Shown: positions 27,090 to 36,413, counted from the stretch's first letter. The stretch is 64,000 bases of DNA from an uncultured Methanosarcinales archaeon (GCA_964445165.1 CAYUJZ010000002.1:1737-65736); one strand, 5' to 3'. Numbers and translations: made by a program. Notes: a model not told the origin generated them from the sequence alone.

Positions 27090-27129
27090 CTGAACAATGG
27101 AAAAGGGATATTATTTAAACTTAACGAAA

Positions 27130-27147
27130 GATTAACGGCCGTTAATC
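27130..27147. promoter_or_regulatory. 18-bp perfect palindrome GATTAACGGCCGTTAATC within an array of TTAAC/GTTAA half-sites, upstream of sufC
   Basis: Read directly: gattaacggccgttaatc is its own reverse complement. Further cttaacg, cgttaac and tgttaat sites lie between 27119 and 27174. A TATA-like tttaaataat follows (minus-strand sense) about 25 nt before the sufC ATG. Confidence 0.5.
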
Positions 27148-27177
27148 TGAAAGCTCGTTAACAAAACTGTTAATTTG

Positions 27178-28080
27178 CTAATCAAGAAACGTGGTTATAA
27201 TTGGCTTTTCAAGTACAATTACCGTATGCTCAAACTGGGATACAAGGGAATTGGTTTTTTCTACCAGAGGCGCGAATTCTTCTATGATTCCTTCCCTGGA
27301 AAGCACAGAAAGGCCAAGTGCAGTTTTTGGCGCTCCGAGGTGTCTTTCCAGCAGCCTTCTTGAAAAGGGGAGGCCTTTACTGTCTTTTATCAGCTTAAGA
27401 ATCTCCCTGGCGTAAGGGTGCCTTGTGTTCCTGGCTGCCTTTAGCATAAAGACATTGGGGTTTCCTCTCTCTTCAACCACACCGTCTCCAGGTGTTGCGA
27501 ATGGCTCTATTGCAATAACCTGGCCTTCCTTGAGCCTATGCGGAGAGTCAAAAGGAACATTCGGGATTGAAGGCTCGGTATGTATATGGTAAAAATCCAT
27601 TGTATGCCCTGAGAGGTTTCTCACAGGATTGAAGCCATACGAGCGAATTGCCTTTTGGATTGCCAGGCTTATTTCCATTATGAGAATGCCCGGCTTTACA
27701 AGCTTAAGCGACTCCTCAAGTGCTTTTCTTGACGCCTCAAGAAGCTTTTCATGCTTTCCGTTTGAAAGGTCAATTGTAAGTGCACAGTCTCCTATTGCGC
27801 CGTTTACACATACTCCTACGTCCAGTTTTACAACATCTCCTTCTGCGAGAATGTAATCATCCTTCTGGCTTGGGCAGAAATGTGCTGCGACTTCGTTCAC
27901 TGAAATCTGGGCAGGGAACGCAGGGATTGCTCCTTTTTCAGCAATGAATTTCTCAACTTCATCAAGTATCTGCATTACACTTTTTCCTGCCTGGATTTTC
28001 GGCTTGCCAAAATCACGGGCCTGAGCTGCAATTTTGCCTGCAAGAATCCAGTCTTTGTAATTATTCATTGAGCCTTCCAT
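27178..28080 (-). CDS. map: methionine aminopeptidase, type 2 (archaeal)
   Basis: 300 aa. Metal-ligand regions …DVGVCVNGAIGDCA… and HTMDFYHIHTEPSIPN. Confidence 0.8.
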   Translation of the reverse strand: MEGSMNNYKDWILAGKIAAQARDFGKPKIQAGKSVMQILDEVEKFIAEKGAIPAFPAQISVNEVAAHFCPSQKDDYILAEGDVVKLDVGVCVNGAIGDCALTIDLSNGKHEKLLEASRKALEESLKLVKPGILIMEISLAIQKAIRSYGFNPVRNLSGHTMDFYHIHTEPSIPNVPFDSPHRLKEGQVIAIEPFATPGDGVVEERGNPNVFMLKAARNTRHPYAREILKLIKDSKGLPFSRRLLERHLGAPKTALGLSVLSREGIIEEFAPLVEKTNSLVSQFEHTVIVLEKPIITTFLD

Positions 28081-28200
28081 TTACGCTAAAAACCCGGATT
28101 CATTTAAAAAGGTTTGGTTAGGCCTGCTGATTCTTAATGATTCCTGAGCCTCAGTAGTAATAAAAAGATTTAAAAGCCTCTAATAAAAAGAGTATTTATC

Positions 28201-30450
28201 ATGGAATGTGAGAACAGGGTTTTTTCTGAAGGGGATGATTATATCTTAAGGATTAACTGCAATGAGTGCCCCCTGTCCCCTTCCCTGGAAGACAATGATA
28301 TGTGCATGAGAAATATCGTAGAGCTTCTTCTGCAAAATGAGAATGTCACCAAGATTGTGCTCACACAGAGAAGGGACTATGAATATGATGAAAAGCAGGT
28401 TAACCTGCTGAAGGAGATTGCATTAATCTACAGGAAGATTGCAAGGGATAAGGGGCATTACGGGCTTGGCTCTGTCGCAGAGAGCATGAGCAGGAGAGTG
28501 AATGCTTATTATGTGAGGTTCAAAGAGCTTGTGACTAACCGGCTAAAGTCAGACCCGGTAGGGACTTATGTTGAGCTTGTAAGGCTTAGAAGAGAGATTA
28601 AGATAACGCTGACCGAGGAAGAGAAGAAAGGCGCTGAATCCATCATCCAGCCTATTGAGAAGATAATAGGCATGCTGGAGGAAAGCAGGCTTATAACTGT
28701 CATAAAGCCGCACCTTCCAGGGTATGCTGTAGGTGACAGGTCGGTTTACTCTATGGTGTTTTCGCCTGTTATTAAGCCGGACTTTATGTTTACTAAGCTG
28801 ATGGCCTCTTATCCGCATGCAGGCGAGGTTATTGGGAGCTATTTTTTAGAGGATTCAACAGAGGTTACTATCTTTTCTGTTCCTGACAGCTTGCTGAGGC
28901 TTTACCATGTTGTGCCGCCTGAGCTAAAGCTTTCCGAAGAGAAGTATACGATACTCGACAAGGCAAGGATTATTTTGTCAGAGCACACGCCGAGCAGGTC
29001 GGACTTTACTGACCCGAGGAGGATAAGGGATGTGTTCTTCCATGTAGGAAAGGACCTGATTGAAGAGATATCAAGCCAGGAGCAGATTAAGCTTAAGGAG
29101 CAGGAGGTTGACCAGCTGGCAAGCATTCTTGTAAGGTTTACTGTGGGGTTTGGGCTGATTGAAATCCTGCTTGGAGATGAGAATATCCAGGACATTACGA
29201 TTAACAGCCCGCAGGGCAAGACAAAGGTGTTTCTTTCTCACTCAGAGTTTGAGGACTGCTTTACCAACATTGTGCCTTCAACTGCTGATGCTGAGTCCTG
29301 GTCATCAAAGCTGAGAATGATTTCTGGAAGGCCGCTTGACGAGGCAAACCCCATTCTTGACACTGAGATTGAGCTTCCTAACGCCAGGGCAAGGGCTGCT
29401 GCTATCTCACCGCCTATTAATCCCAGCGGCTTGGCTTTTGCTTTCAGGAGGCACAGGAACAAGCCCTGGACTCTGCCGCTTTTTATGGACAGCAAGATGC
29501 TTAATGCGACTGCTGCTGGCTTGCTTAGCTTTCTAATTGATGGTTCCAGGACTTTTCTGGTTGCAGGGACAAGAAGCGCTGGAAAGACTTCCCTGCTTGG
29601 CTCTTTTATGGTTGAGGTTATGAGAAAGCACAGGATAATCTCAATTGAGGATACTCTCGAGCTTCCCACCTCATTCTTAATGGACCTTGGCTATAATATC
29701 CAGCCGATGAAGGTAGCCTCTGCGCTTACCAAAAGCACGAACGAGCTTGGGGCTGAGGAAGGAATCAGAACTACATTGAGGATGGGCGACTCATGCCTGT
29801 TTGTTGGGGAGGTCAGGAGCATTGAGGCGCAATCCCTTTATGAGGCGATGAGAATCGGGGCGCTTGCGAATGTTGTTGCGGGAACCATACACGGGGATTC
29901 TCCTTATGGTGTCTATGACAGGGTTGTTAATGACCTTAAGGTGCCAAAGACATCTTTCAAGGCAACTGATATAATTGTGGTTGCAAACCCAATAAGAAGC
30001 CCCGAGGGCCTGAAAAGGGAGAGAAGGATTACAAGAATAACTGAGGTCAGAAAAAACTGGGAAGATGACCCGCTGGCTGAGAAGGGGTTTGTTGACCTTA
30101 TGAGATATGACTCTGCCAAAGACGAGCTTGTGCTTACTGATGAGCTAATGAACGGGGAGTCCGATGTGCTGAAGTCAATTGGAAGCACTGTGCGTGAATG
30201 GGCTGGAAACTGGGACGCCATCTGGGATAATATCATGCTTAGGGCAAAGATGAAAGAAGAGCAGGTAAAGCTTTTCAAAAGCATTAAGCATAATGACATC
30301 CTTGAGGCTGAGTTCAGCATTGAATGCAATGACGCATTTCACAAGATATCGGCTGATGTGAAAAAAGAGAAAAGGTTCCTTGACTCTTCAGAGATTTTCT
30401 CAAGGTGGAGAGCCTGGCTCATAAGGGAAGCAAGGAAATTCAAAAAATGA
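28201..30450 (+). CDS. archaeal type IV filament (pilus/archaellum-type) assembly ATPase, FlaI/GspE/VirB11 superfamily, with a ~330-aa N-terminal extension
   Basis: 749 aa. Walker A LVAGTRSAGKTSLLGS, a Walker B-like MGDSCLFVGEVRS, and the core organisation of secretion-system protein E. The first ~330 residues, including a Cys-containing CNECPLSP…DMCM segment, precede the usual ATPase N-domain. Confidence 0.7.
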   Translation: MECENRVFSEGDDYILRINCNECPLSPSLEDNDMCMRNIVELLLQNENVTKIVLTQRRDYEYDEKQVNLLKEIALIYRKIARDKGHYGLGSVAESMSRRVNAYYVRFKELVTNRLKSDPVGTYVELVRLRREIKITLTEEEKKGAESIIQPIEKIIGMLEESRLITVIKPHLPGYAVGDRSVYSMVFSPVIKPDFMFTKLMASYPHAGEVIGSYFLEDSTEVTIFSVPDSLLRLYHVVPPELKLSEEKYTILDKARIILSEHTPSRSDFTDPRRIRDVFFHVGKDLIEEISSQEQIKLKEQEVDQLASILVRFTVGFGLIEILLGDENIQDITINSPQGKTKVFLSHSEFEDCFTNIVPSTADAESWSSKLRMISGRPLDEANPILDTEIELPNARARAAAISPPINPSGLAFAFRRHRNKPWTLPLFMDSKMLNATAAGLLSFLIDGSRTFLVAGTRSAGKTSLLGSFMVEVMRKHRIISIEDTLELPTSFLMDLGYNIQPMKVASALTKSTNELGAEEGIRTTLRMGDSCLFVGEVRSIEAQSLYEAMRIGALANVVAGTIHGDSPYGVYDRVVNDLKVPKTSFKATDIIVVANPIRSPEGLKRERRITRITEVRKNWEDDPLAEKGFVDLMRYDSAKDELVLTDELMNGESDVLKSIGSTVREWAGNWDAIWDNIMLRAKMKEEQVKLFKSIKHNDILEAEFSIECNDAFHKISADVKKEKRFLDSSEIFSRWRAWLIREARKFKK

Positions 30451-32573
30451 ACGATGAGAGCTTCCGAAAGCTGGAAAGGAAATATAAGAAAAAGCTTGAA
30501 AAAAGCCTGAACTTCAGCGATATGGGAGAGAACAATGAGCTGAGCTCTTCAGACTTTCTTGAGTTTAAAAAGCAGAGTTTTCCCAAGAGGCTTACGCTCT
30601 ACGAAAAGATGTGCAATCTCTTTGACAGTATTATTAAGATTGAGCCAGGCAAAGAAAACAAGCGGGATTACGAGGAGGCTATTGAGCAGACTCATCTCCA
30701 GATAACACCTTCGGGAGCTATCTCTTTTGCTGTGCTTTTTCCGATTATCATCTGCTCTTTAATCATTGCTGGGGCGTTTGGAATCAGCATAGTTATGGAT
30801 ACGTCGCTGGACCTTTTCTTGGTTTTGTCTGTGCTTGTAATGGGAATAGCAATGATTATGGTGTTTATGCAGCTTCCCCTGAACATTGCAAACAAGAAAA
30901 GGACAAGAGCATCAAACCAGATGATACTTGGCGTGTTCTACACTGTGAGCTATATGAGGCATACCTCAAACCTTGAGCTTGCTGTTGAGTTTGCTGCAAA
31001 CCACCTTCCTGCCCCGCTTTCGCTGGACTTCAGGAAAGTGCTCTGGGACCTGGAAACCGGCAAATTCTCTAACATCAAAGACTCGCTGGCGGCTTACCTT
31101 GAAACCTGGAGAAGGACGAACCTTGAGTTTATTCAGGCGTTCAACCTGATTCAAGGATCGCTGATGGAGTCTAATGAGGAAAGAAGGGTAATGATGCTTG
31201 ACAGGGCTGTTAGTGTTTTAATGGATGAGACTTATGACAAAATGCTGCATTATGCGCATTCCCTGAAAAGCCCAATTACCACTTTGCATATGTTTGGGAT
31301 AATTATGCCCTTGTTGGGCCTGGTAATCCTGCCGCTGGTTGTCGGGTTTATTGAAGAGGTAAGGTGGTACCACATTTCGATTCTCTATAACATCGTGCTT
31401 CCGGTAAGCCTTTACTACATGGCAAAGAAGATACTTTCGGTAAGGCCGGCGGGGTCAAGTGAGGTGGATGTAAGCTTTATACAGGCTGACAGCAGGAGGG
31501 GGCTTGTGCTTCTGATTTCTATTGTTTGCATTATTATTGCTATTATTGGAATCCTGCCTCCGGTTTTGTACATGTCAATTGGCGAAGAGGGGGCTGTTGC
31601 GCTTGACCAGCGGCTAGGCGTTCTTAAGCTTTTTGATTACAGGACAAATGACCTTGGAGAAACGATTGGGCCTTTTGGCACTTTATCTGTTCTTATCTCT
31701 ATTCTAACACCGTTGGGCATAGCCTTCCTTATTGGCTTTAAGGATTACTTCAGGACTAAGAAGCTGGTCCAGGTAAGAGGAGATATCATAAAGCTGGAGC
31801 AGGAGTTCAGCTCTGCGCTTTTCCAGCTGGGAAATAGGCTTGATGATGGGATTCCTGTTGAGATGGCGCTGGAGAATGTTGCGGGCATAATGAAAGAGAC
31901 AAATGCCGGAAAATTCTTCGGCGCAATTGCCATGAACATCAGGCGGCTGGGGCTTGGGGTTTATAATGCCATCTTTGACCAGAAGGTTGGGGCCATAAGA
32001 TTGTTCCCTTCAAGCATCATAGAAAGCTCTATGAAGGTGTTAATCCAGACAATAAAAAAGGGGCCCAAAACTGCTGCTGTTGCTATCATGAATGTTTCAA
32101 AGTACATCCAGGAGATGCACAGGATTAATGAGAGGCTGAAAGATATGCTGTCTGAGGTATCTTCAAGCATATCCAGCCAGGTTAGGTTCATTGCGCCAAT
32201 TATCGCGGGAATTGTGGTTGGCCTAACTTCCATGATTACTCTCATCATGGGCAAGATCAGGGAAAGGGTTATGGATCTAGGTATGCAGGGCGCAGAGACT
32301 GGGGGTGTTGACTATGCAGGAAATATCATGTCGATGTTCAGCAGCAATATAACACCTTTCCACTTCCAGCTTATTGTGGGAATCTATATTGTTCAGGTTA
32401 CAATCATAATGAGCCAGCTTTACAATGCAATACAAAACGGGGAGGACAAGATTTATGAGAAGTTCTGCATAAGCGACAACCTAATCAAGGGGGTGTTGCT
32501 TTATGCAATCATTGCGTTCTTTATTACCCTGATCTTCGGGATTGTAGGTGCAACGATTGCGGTTGGTTTCTAG
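30405..32573 (+). CDS. polytopic membrane platform protein, FlaJ/TadC (T2SS-F-like) family
   Basis: 722 aa, with about 9 TM helices alternating with long cytoplasmic helical domains. Immediately downstream of the ATPase and overlapping it, which is the canonical archaeal ATPase + platform pair. Confidence 0.5.
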   Translation: MESLAHKGSKEIQKMNDESFRKLERKYKKKLEKSLNFSDMGENNELSSSDFLEFKKQSFPKRLTLYEKMCNLFDSIIKIEPGKENKRDYEEAIEQTHLQITPSGAISFAVLFPIIICSLIIAGAFGISIVMDTSLDLFLVLSVLVMGIAMIMVFMQLPLNIANKKRTRASNQMILGVFYTVSYMRHTSNLELAVEFAANHLPAPLSLDFRKVLWDLETGKFSNIKDSLAAYLETWRRTNLEFIQAFNLIQGSLMESNEERRVMMLDRAVSVLMDETYDKMLHYAHSLKSPITTLHMFGIIMPLLGLVILPLVVGFIEEVRWYHISILYNIVLPVSLYYMAKKILSVRPAGSSEVDVSFIQADSRRGLVLLISIVCIIIAIIGILPPVLYMSIGEEGAVALDQRLGVLKLFDYRTNDLGETIGPFGTLSVLISILTPLGIAFLIGFKDYFRTKKLVQVRGDIIKLEQEFSSALFQLGNRLDDGIPVEMALENVAGIMKETNAGKFFGAIAMNIRRLGLGVYNAIFDQKVGAIRLFPSSIIESSMKVLIQTIKKGPKTAAVAIMNVSKYIQEMHRINERLKDMLSEVSSSISSQVRFIAPIIAGIVVGLTSMITLIMGKIRERVMDLGMQGAETGGVDYAGNIMSMFSSNITPFHFQLIVGIYIVQVTIIMSQLYNAIQNGEDKIYEKFCISDNLIKGVLLYAIIAFFITLIFGIVGATIAVGF

Positions 32574-32575
32574 AG

Positions 32576-32767
32576 ATGAGGTTCTGCCCAGTCTGCAAAA
32601 GCAAAGATATAGAGAATGACCTTTCTGTCCAGTCTATTGGCAGCGGCGAGGTCTTTAACAGGCTAAGATGCAAAAACTGCGGCTATTCCGGAATTTTCTT
32701 TCCTGAAATAAGCAAGGAAAGCAAGCCTCAAAAGAAAGCCAGAAAAAAGCAGGGAAAGAAGAAATAG
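32576..32767 (+). CDS. small zinc-ribbon protein
   Basis: 63 aa. CPVCKS…(17)…CKNCGY forms a CxxC…CxxC Zn-ribbon, followed by a basic tail. Starts 3 nt after the stop of the platform gene. Confidence 0.35.
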   Translation: MRFCPVCKSKDIENDLSVQSIGSGEVFNRLRCKNCGYSGIFFPEISKESKPQKKARKKQGKKK

Positions 32768-32775
32768 CTTATTTA

Positions 32776-33474
32776 CTACCTGAGAAGCTTGCTCACAACA
32801 GAAAAGGCTACGCATGACCAATTCTCCAGCCTGCAATCCTTTGACCTGAAATGCTCAAGGGCTTCGGGTATTGGAATCAGCTTTCCGTAATCGCACTCGA
32901 AGCCGTTTGGCTCAATCTCTGTCGCATCTGTGTCAACCAGAAACAGAACCCCAAAGTGCACCTTGCCGACCTCATCGGAATCGTCATTGATATAGCCAAG
33001 AGGGGTTACGCTTTTTATGGAGCCGTTTATCTTTACTTCCTCCTTTATCTCGCGCAGCATGCTTGTAACAAGAGGATTGTCACCTGCAAAAGAATCCTGC
33101 CTGTCTATGTGGCCGCCTATTCCTATTGACCATTTTCCCCTTAGCCTGTCTTCATTGTAATGCTCCCTGCTTTCAGATCGCTGGTATGCAAAGATTGTTT
33201 TCTGCTTGGAGTTAGCAATAACACAGTAGGCTATTGGCTGCTTTAGGCTTGTGTCTGTCTCTGCCTTGCCTCTTTGATGAAATGCTGAACAGCTGGCTAA
33301 AGTTGAAAGAAAGTCCTTTTCAGAATGTGGGAGAAAGCCCTGAAAATAGAAGTTGACAAAAAGAGCCTCTCTGGGAACGACCATGATGCTCTGATCGTTT
33401 TTAGGCATCTTGTATTTAAGGTGTAAAGGCAAAGGTTTTAAAGTTTTCTGTAAAAATGTTATAAAAAGCCACAC
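32776..33474 (-). CDS. Nudix-family hydrolase
   Basis: Nudix-box-like GGHIDRQDSFAGDNPLVTSMLREIKEEVKI (Gx5Ex7REUxEExGU). The true start may be the internal MPKNDQ… at about 33408. Confidence 0.5.
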   Translation of the reverse strand: MWLFITFLQKTLKPLPLHLKYKMPKNDQSIMVVPREALFVNFYFQGFLPHSEKDFLSTLASCSAFHQRGKAETDTSLKQPIAYCVIANSKQKTIFAYQRSESREHYNEDRLRGKWSIGIGGHIDRQDSFAGDNPLVTSMLREIKEEVKINGSIKSVTPLGYINDDSDEVGKVHFGVLFLVDTDATEIEPNGFECDYGKLIPIPEALEHFRSKDCRLENWSCVAFSVVSKLLR

Positions 33475-33540
33475 TAGGCGGGAGCGGTGTAAAGCTTTAT
33501 GGCATTAAGAAATTATCTTTTAAAAAGCAAAAAAAACAAA

Positions 33541-33951
33541 TCAAGACTTCTGAACACACTTGCAGGGTTTTAAGCCTTGGTTTAGCGCCTTTACTTTTGA
33601 CTTGAACTTAACCCTGTTCATTGGCTTGATGTTTTGTGCAAATGGGCAGTTTTCTATATGAAAAAGCTTTCCGCTCTTGGTTCCCACATAATGCTTTGGG
33701 AGCCTCTTTGCTGTAACCCTTGCAGTCATTGCTTCAGAGTGTTTCTGGGGCTTTTCTTCTCTGCTTGATTCCAGCTTAGAAACCCGTGCCTGCAGCTCAT
33801 TCTCATAAAGCCTTAGCTGCCTTACCAGGTCAAGAACCTTATCCTGCGCCTCGCCAAGTGCATCTATCTGGCTCTGCAGGCTCATTACATCTTTCCTTAC
33901 CAGCTCAAAGGAGCGTATAACATTGTTTTCTATTGAACTCATTGAAACCAC
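33541..33951 (-). CDS. coiled-coil protein with C-terminal Ada-like Zn-binding domain
   Basis: 136 aa. N-terminal heptad-rich segment (LQSQIDALGEAQDKVLDLVRQLRLYENELQARVSKLE). C-terminal KLFHIENCPFAQNIKPMNRVKFKS…GLKPCKC matches the pattern of the Ada N-terminal Zn-binding domain. Confidence 0.4.
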   Translation of the reverse strand: MVSMSSIENNVIRSFELVRKDVMSLQSQIDALGEAQDKVLDLVRQLRLYENELQARVSKLESSREEKPQKHSEAMTARVTAKRLPKHYVGTKSGKLFHIENCPFAQNIKPMNRVKFKSKVKALNQGLKPCKCVQKS

Positions 33952-34031
33952 CTTTTTCTACTACGAGGTGATTAATTCGCACATATTTAAATGTTTCGGA
34001 ATTGTTGTTACTACAGAGAAACAAAAGCCTG

Positions 34032-34352
34032 TTAGCCATCAACTGTAAAAAGCCTGCTGTCTTTCACTTTGAAAAGGCCTATTCTTGCCCCGGCGTCAAG
34101 CCAGGCGTGGGCGTAGTTCACTGCTGCAAAGGCTGTAACATAGTCGCCTTTTCTGAGAAAATGGTTCTTTGCATCGCTAAAGTAGCGCTCTGCCATATCG
34201 AGAAAGTCAAGCGCCTGCTCTTTCCTTGAAGAATCCAGCTCTGAGCTTTTGGCCAGCTCAAGGGCCTGCTGGGTTATGCTGAAGTATCTTTCCAGCTTTT
34301 TCAGGGTTATCCTATCATGCTTCTGCTCCATGAAAATGCCTCTTGAATTCAC
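34032..34352 (-). CDS. hypothetical protein
   Basis: 106-aa ORF with predicted helices. Its 4-nt overlap with the serS start suggests co-transcription. No family recognised. Confidence 0.3.
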   Translation of the reverse strand: MNSRGIFMEQKHDRITLKKLERYFSITQQALELAKSSELDSSRKEQALDFLDMAERYFSDAKNHFLRKGDYVTAFAAVNYAHAWLDAGARIGLFKVKDSRLFTVDG

Positions 34353-35638
34353 TCAAAAAAGCCAGAATGCTTTTCCAGCTTCTTTTTGCCTCCCATATAG
34401 GGGACAAGCACATCGGGAATTGTTACTGTGCCATCCTTGTTCTGGAAGTTTTCGAGTATTGCCACCATTGCCCTGGAGGTTGCTATCACTGTATTGTTCA
34501 GGGTGTGTGCAAAGTACCTCTCATTGCCGTCAACAACCCTGATATTAAGCCGCCTGGCCTGGGCTGCTTCCATATTTGTGCAGGAGGTTATCTCAAAGTA
34601 ATCGTTTTTTCTTGGAGACCACACTTCTAGGTCTGCTGTTTTTGCCTTCAGGTCAGCCATATCACCTGAGCAGCCTTCTATTTCCCTGAATGGAAGGCCA
34701 AGGCTCCTGAAAATCTCTTTGGAGTGCCCCTGCATCTCATCATAGAACTTATAAGAGTCTTCGGGCTCACAGATAACTATCATCTCCTGCTTGTTGAACT
34801 GATGTGTCCTGAAAAGGCCTTTTTCGTCTATGCCGTGGCTGCCAATCTCTCTCCTGAAGCATGGCGAGAAGCCTGTTATCTTTATTGGAAGGCTCTTTTT
34901 CGGGATGAGCTGGTTGACGAACATTCCTATCAGGGGGTGCTCGCTTGTTGCAATAAGGAAAAGGTTGTCCTGTGTTTTGTAAGACATGTGCTCTATCTCT
35001 TCCTGGGAGTACACACCTCTGAGTATTTCCTCACGTATAAGCCATGGAGGCTCTACAAAAATGTATCCGTGCTTTACCATATAATCTCTTGCGTAATTGA
35101 TAAGTGCCATGTCCAGAAGGGCAAGGTCGCCTTTTAGGAAGTAAAAGCCGTTTCCTGAGGTTCTTGTTGAGGCGTCAAAGTCTGCTATGTTAAGGGATTC
35201 TGCAATCTCTGTGTGGCTTTTTACAGGAAAGTCAAACTTTCTCGGCTTGCCTACTACTTCCCTGACCACGTTTTCTGATGCGTCTTTGCCTATCGGGACT
35301 GACTTGTGTATCATGTTGGGGATGCTCATAAGAATTTCCCTTATCTCAGAAGACAGGGTAGTTGTAATCTCTTCAATCTCCTTAATTCTGGGAGGTATCT
35401 CTTTGGCTTTTTTTATGAGGTGCGAGGCATCTTTTTTTGCCTTTTTTAGCTGGTTTATCTCAGAGCTAATCTGGTTTCTTTTTGCCCTGAGCTCCTGGGA
35501 CTCTTTTAAGAGCTTCCTGTATTCTTTGTCTTTCTTGATAAAGTCATCTACAAGCTTCAGCTTCTCGGGCTTGAACTTTTTCCTGATATTCTCTTTTACT
35601 TTTTCCGGGTTCTCCCGAATAAATTTTGGATCCAGCAT
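34349..35638 (-). CDS. serS: seryl-tRNA synthetase
   Basis: 429 aa. Classic N-terminal coiled-coil arm (MLDPKFIRENPEKVKENIRKKF…) and a class II catalytic core (…FRREIGSHG…, GSGD/E-containing motifs). Confidence 0.9.
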   Translation of the reverse strand: MLDPKFIRENPEKVKENIRKKFKPEKLKLVDDFIKKDKEYRKLLKESQELRAKRNQISSEINQLKKAKKDASHLIKKAKEIPPRIKEIEEITTTLSSEIREILMSIPNMIHKSVPIGKDASENVVREVVGKPRKFDFPVKSHTEIAESLNIADFDASTRTSGNGFYFLKGDLALLDMALINYARDYMVKHGYIFVEPPWLIREEILRGVYSQEEIEHMSYKTQDNLFLIATSEHPLIGMFVNQLIPKKSLPIKITGFSPCFRREIGSHGIDEKGLFRTHQFNKQEMIVICEPEDSYKFYDEMQGHSKEIFRSLGLPFREIEGCSGDMADLKAKTADLEVWSPRKNDYFEITSCTNMEAAQARRLNIRVVDGNERYFAHTLNNTVIATSRAMVAILENFQNKDGTVTIPDVLVPYMGGKKKLEKHSGFFE

Positions 35639-35735
35639 TTTGCTTCCCCCTGGCTTTTAGCAAGCGCAGCTAAAGGGATTAGGTTTTAAGTAAATATATA
35701 AAGTTTTTCTGTATTCTTACGGAAAGTGAGCTAAA

Positions 35736-36413
35736 ATGCTATATGTCTGTGCAACTCCGATTGGCAACCTGAGTGATGTGTCTGAAAGGCTTAGGGATGT
35801 GCTTAACAAAGCTGAGTATGTAATCTGCGAGGACAGCAGAAGGGCTTCCAAGCTGCTTGGGCATCTTGGAATTAAAGGAAAAAAGCTAATCGTAAACAAT
35901 GAATTCAACGAGAAGAAGGCTCTGAGTAAAATAGCCAGGGCATTCTCTCAGAGCGATGCTGCACTGATAACTGATGCAGGAATGCCAGGGATTTCTGACC
36001 CGGGCTTTATCGTTGTAAGGGAGGCAATACGGCGAGGGATTCCTTTTTCTGTGGTTCCAGGGCCGAGTGCTGTGGTAGCTGCGCTGGCTGCTTCCGGGTT
36101 TCCGTGCGAGAGGTTTTGCTTTGAGGGGTTTCTGCCAAAGACAAGAGCAAAGAGATGCAGGATTTTCAAAGAATTGAGCAAGGAGAAAACTACTGTCTTC
36201 TTTGAAAGCCCTTACAGGATAAGAAAAACCCTTGAAGACATGGCAAAGTATATTCCAGAAAGGCAGGCTGCCTTGTGCAGGGAGCTGACTAAAAGGTTTG
36301 AGGAAGTTATCAGGGGGAATTCTAAGGAGGTACTTTCTGAGATCAACTCTAGAGAAGGAAGCCTAAAAGGAGAGATTACGGTTGTTGTTGCTCCTGAAGG
36401 ATTTAATTTTTGA
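35736..36413 (+). CDS. RsmI-like SAM-dependent (tetrapyrrole-methylase-fold) 2'-O-methyltransferase
   Basis: 225 aa. LYVCATPIGNLSDVSERL…ICEDSRRASKLL is highly similar to the bacterial 16S rRNA C1402 2'-O-methyltransferase RsmI N-terminus. Confidence 0.6.
   Translation: MLYVCATPIGNLSDVSERLRDVLNKAEYVICEDSRRASKLLGHLGIKGKKLIVNNEFNEKKALSKIARAFSQSDAALITDAGMPGISDPGFIVVREAIRRGIPFSVVPGPSAVVAALAASGFPCERFCFEGFLPKTRAKRCRIFKELSKEKTTVFFESPYRIRKTLEDMAKYIPERQAALCRELTKRFEEVIRGNSKEVLSEINSREGSLKGEITVVVAPEGFNF

Noticed and set aside
34349-35638. A functional link between the tRNA-Ser duplication and the seryl-tRNA synthetase gene in the same window
   Set aside because: They are about 30 kb apart with unrelated intervening operons. 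No shared regulatory motif was seen. Treated as coincidence.
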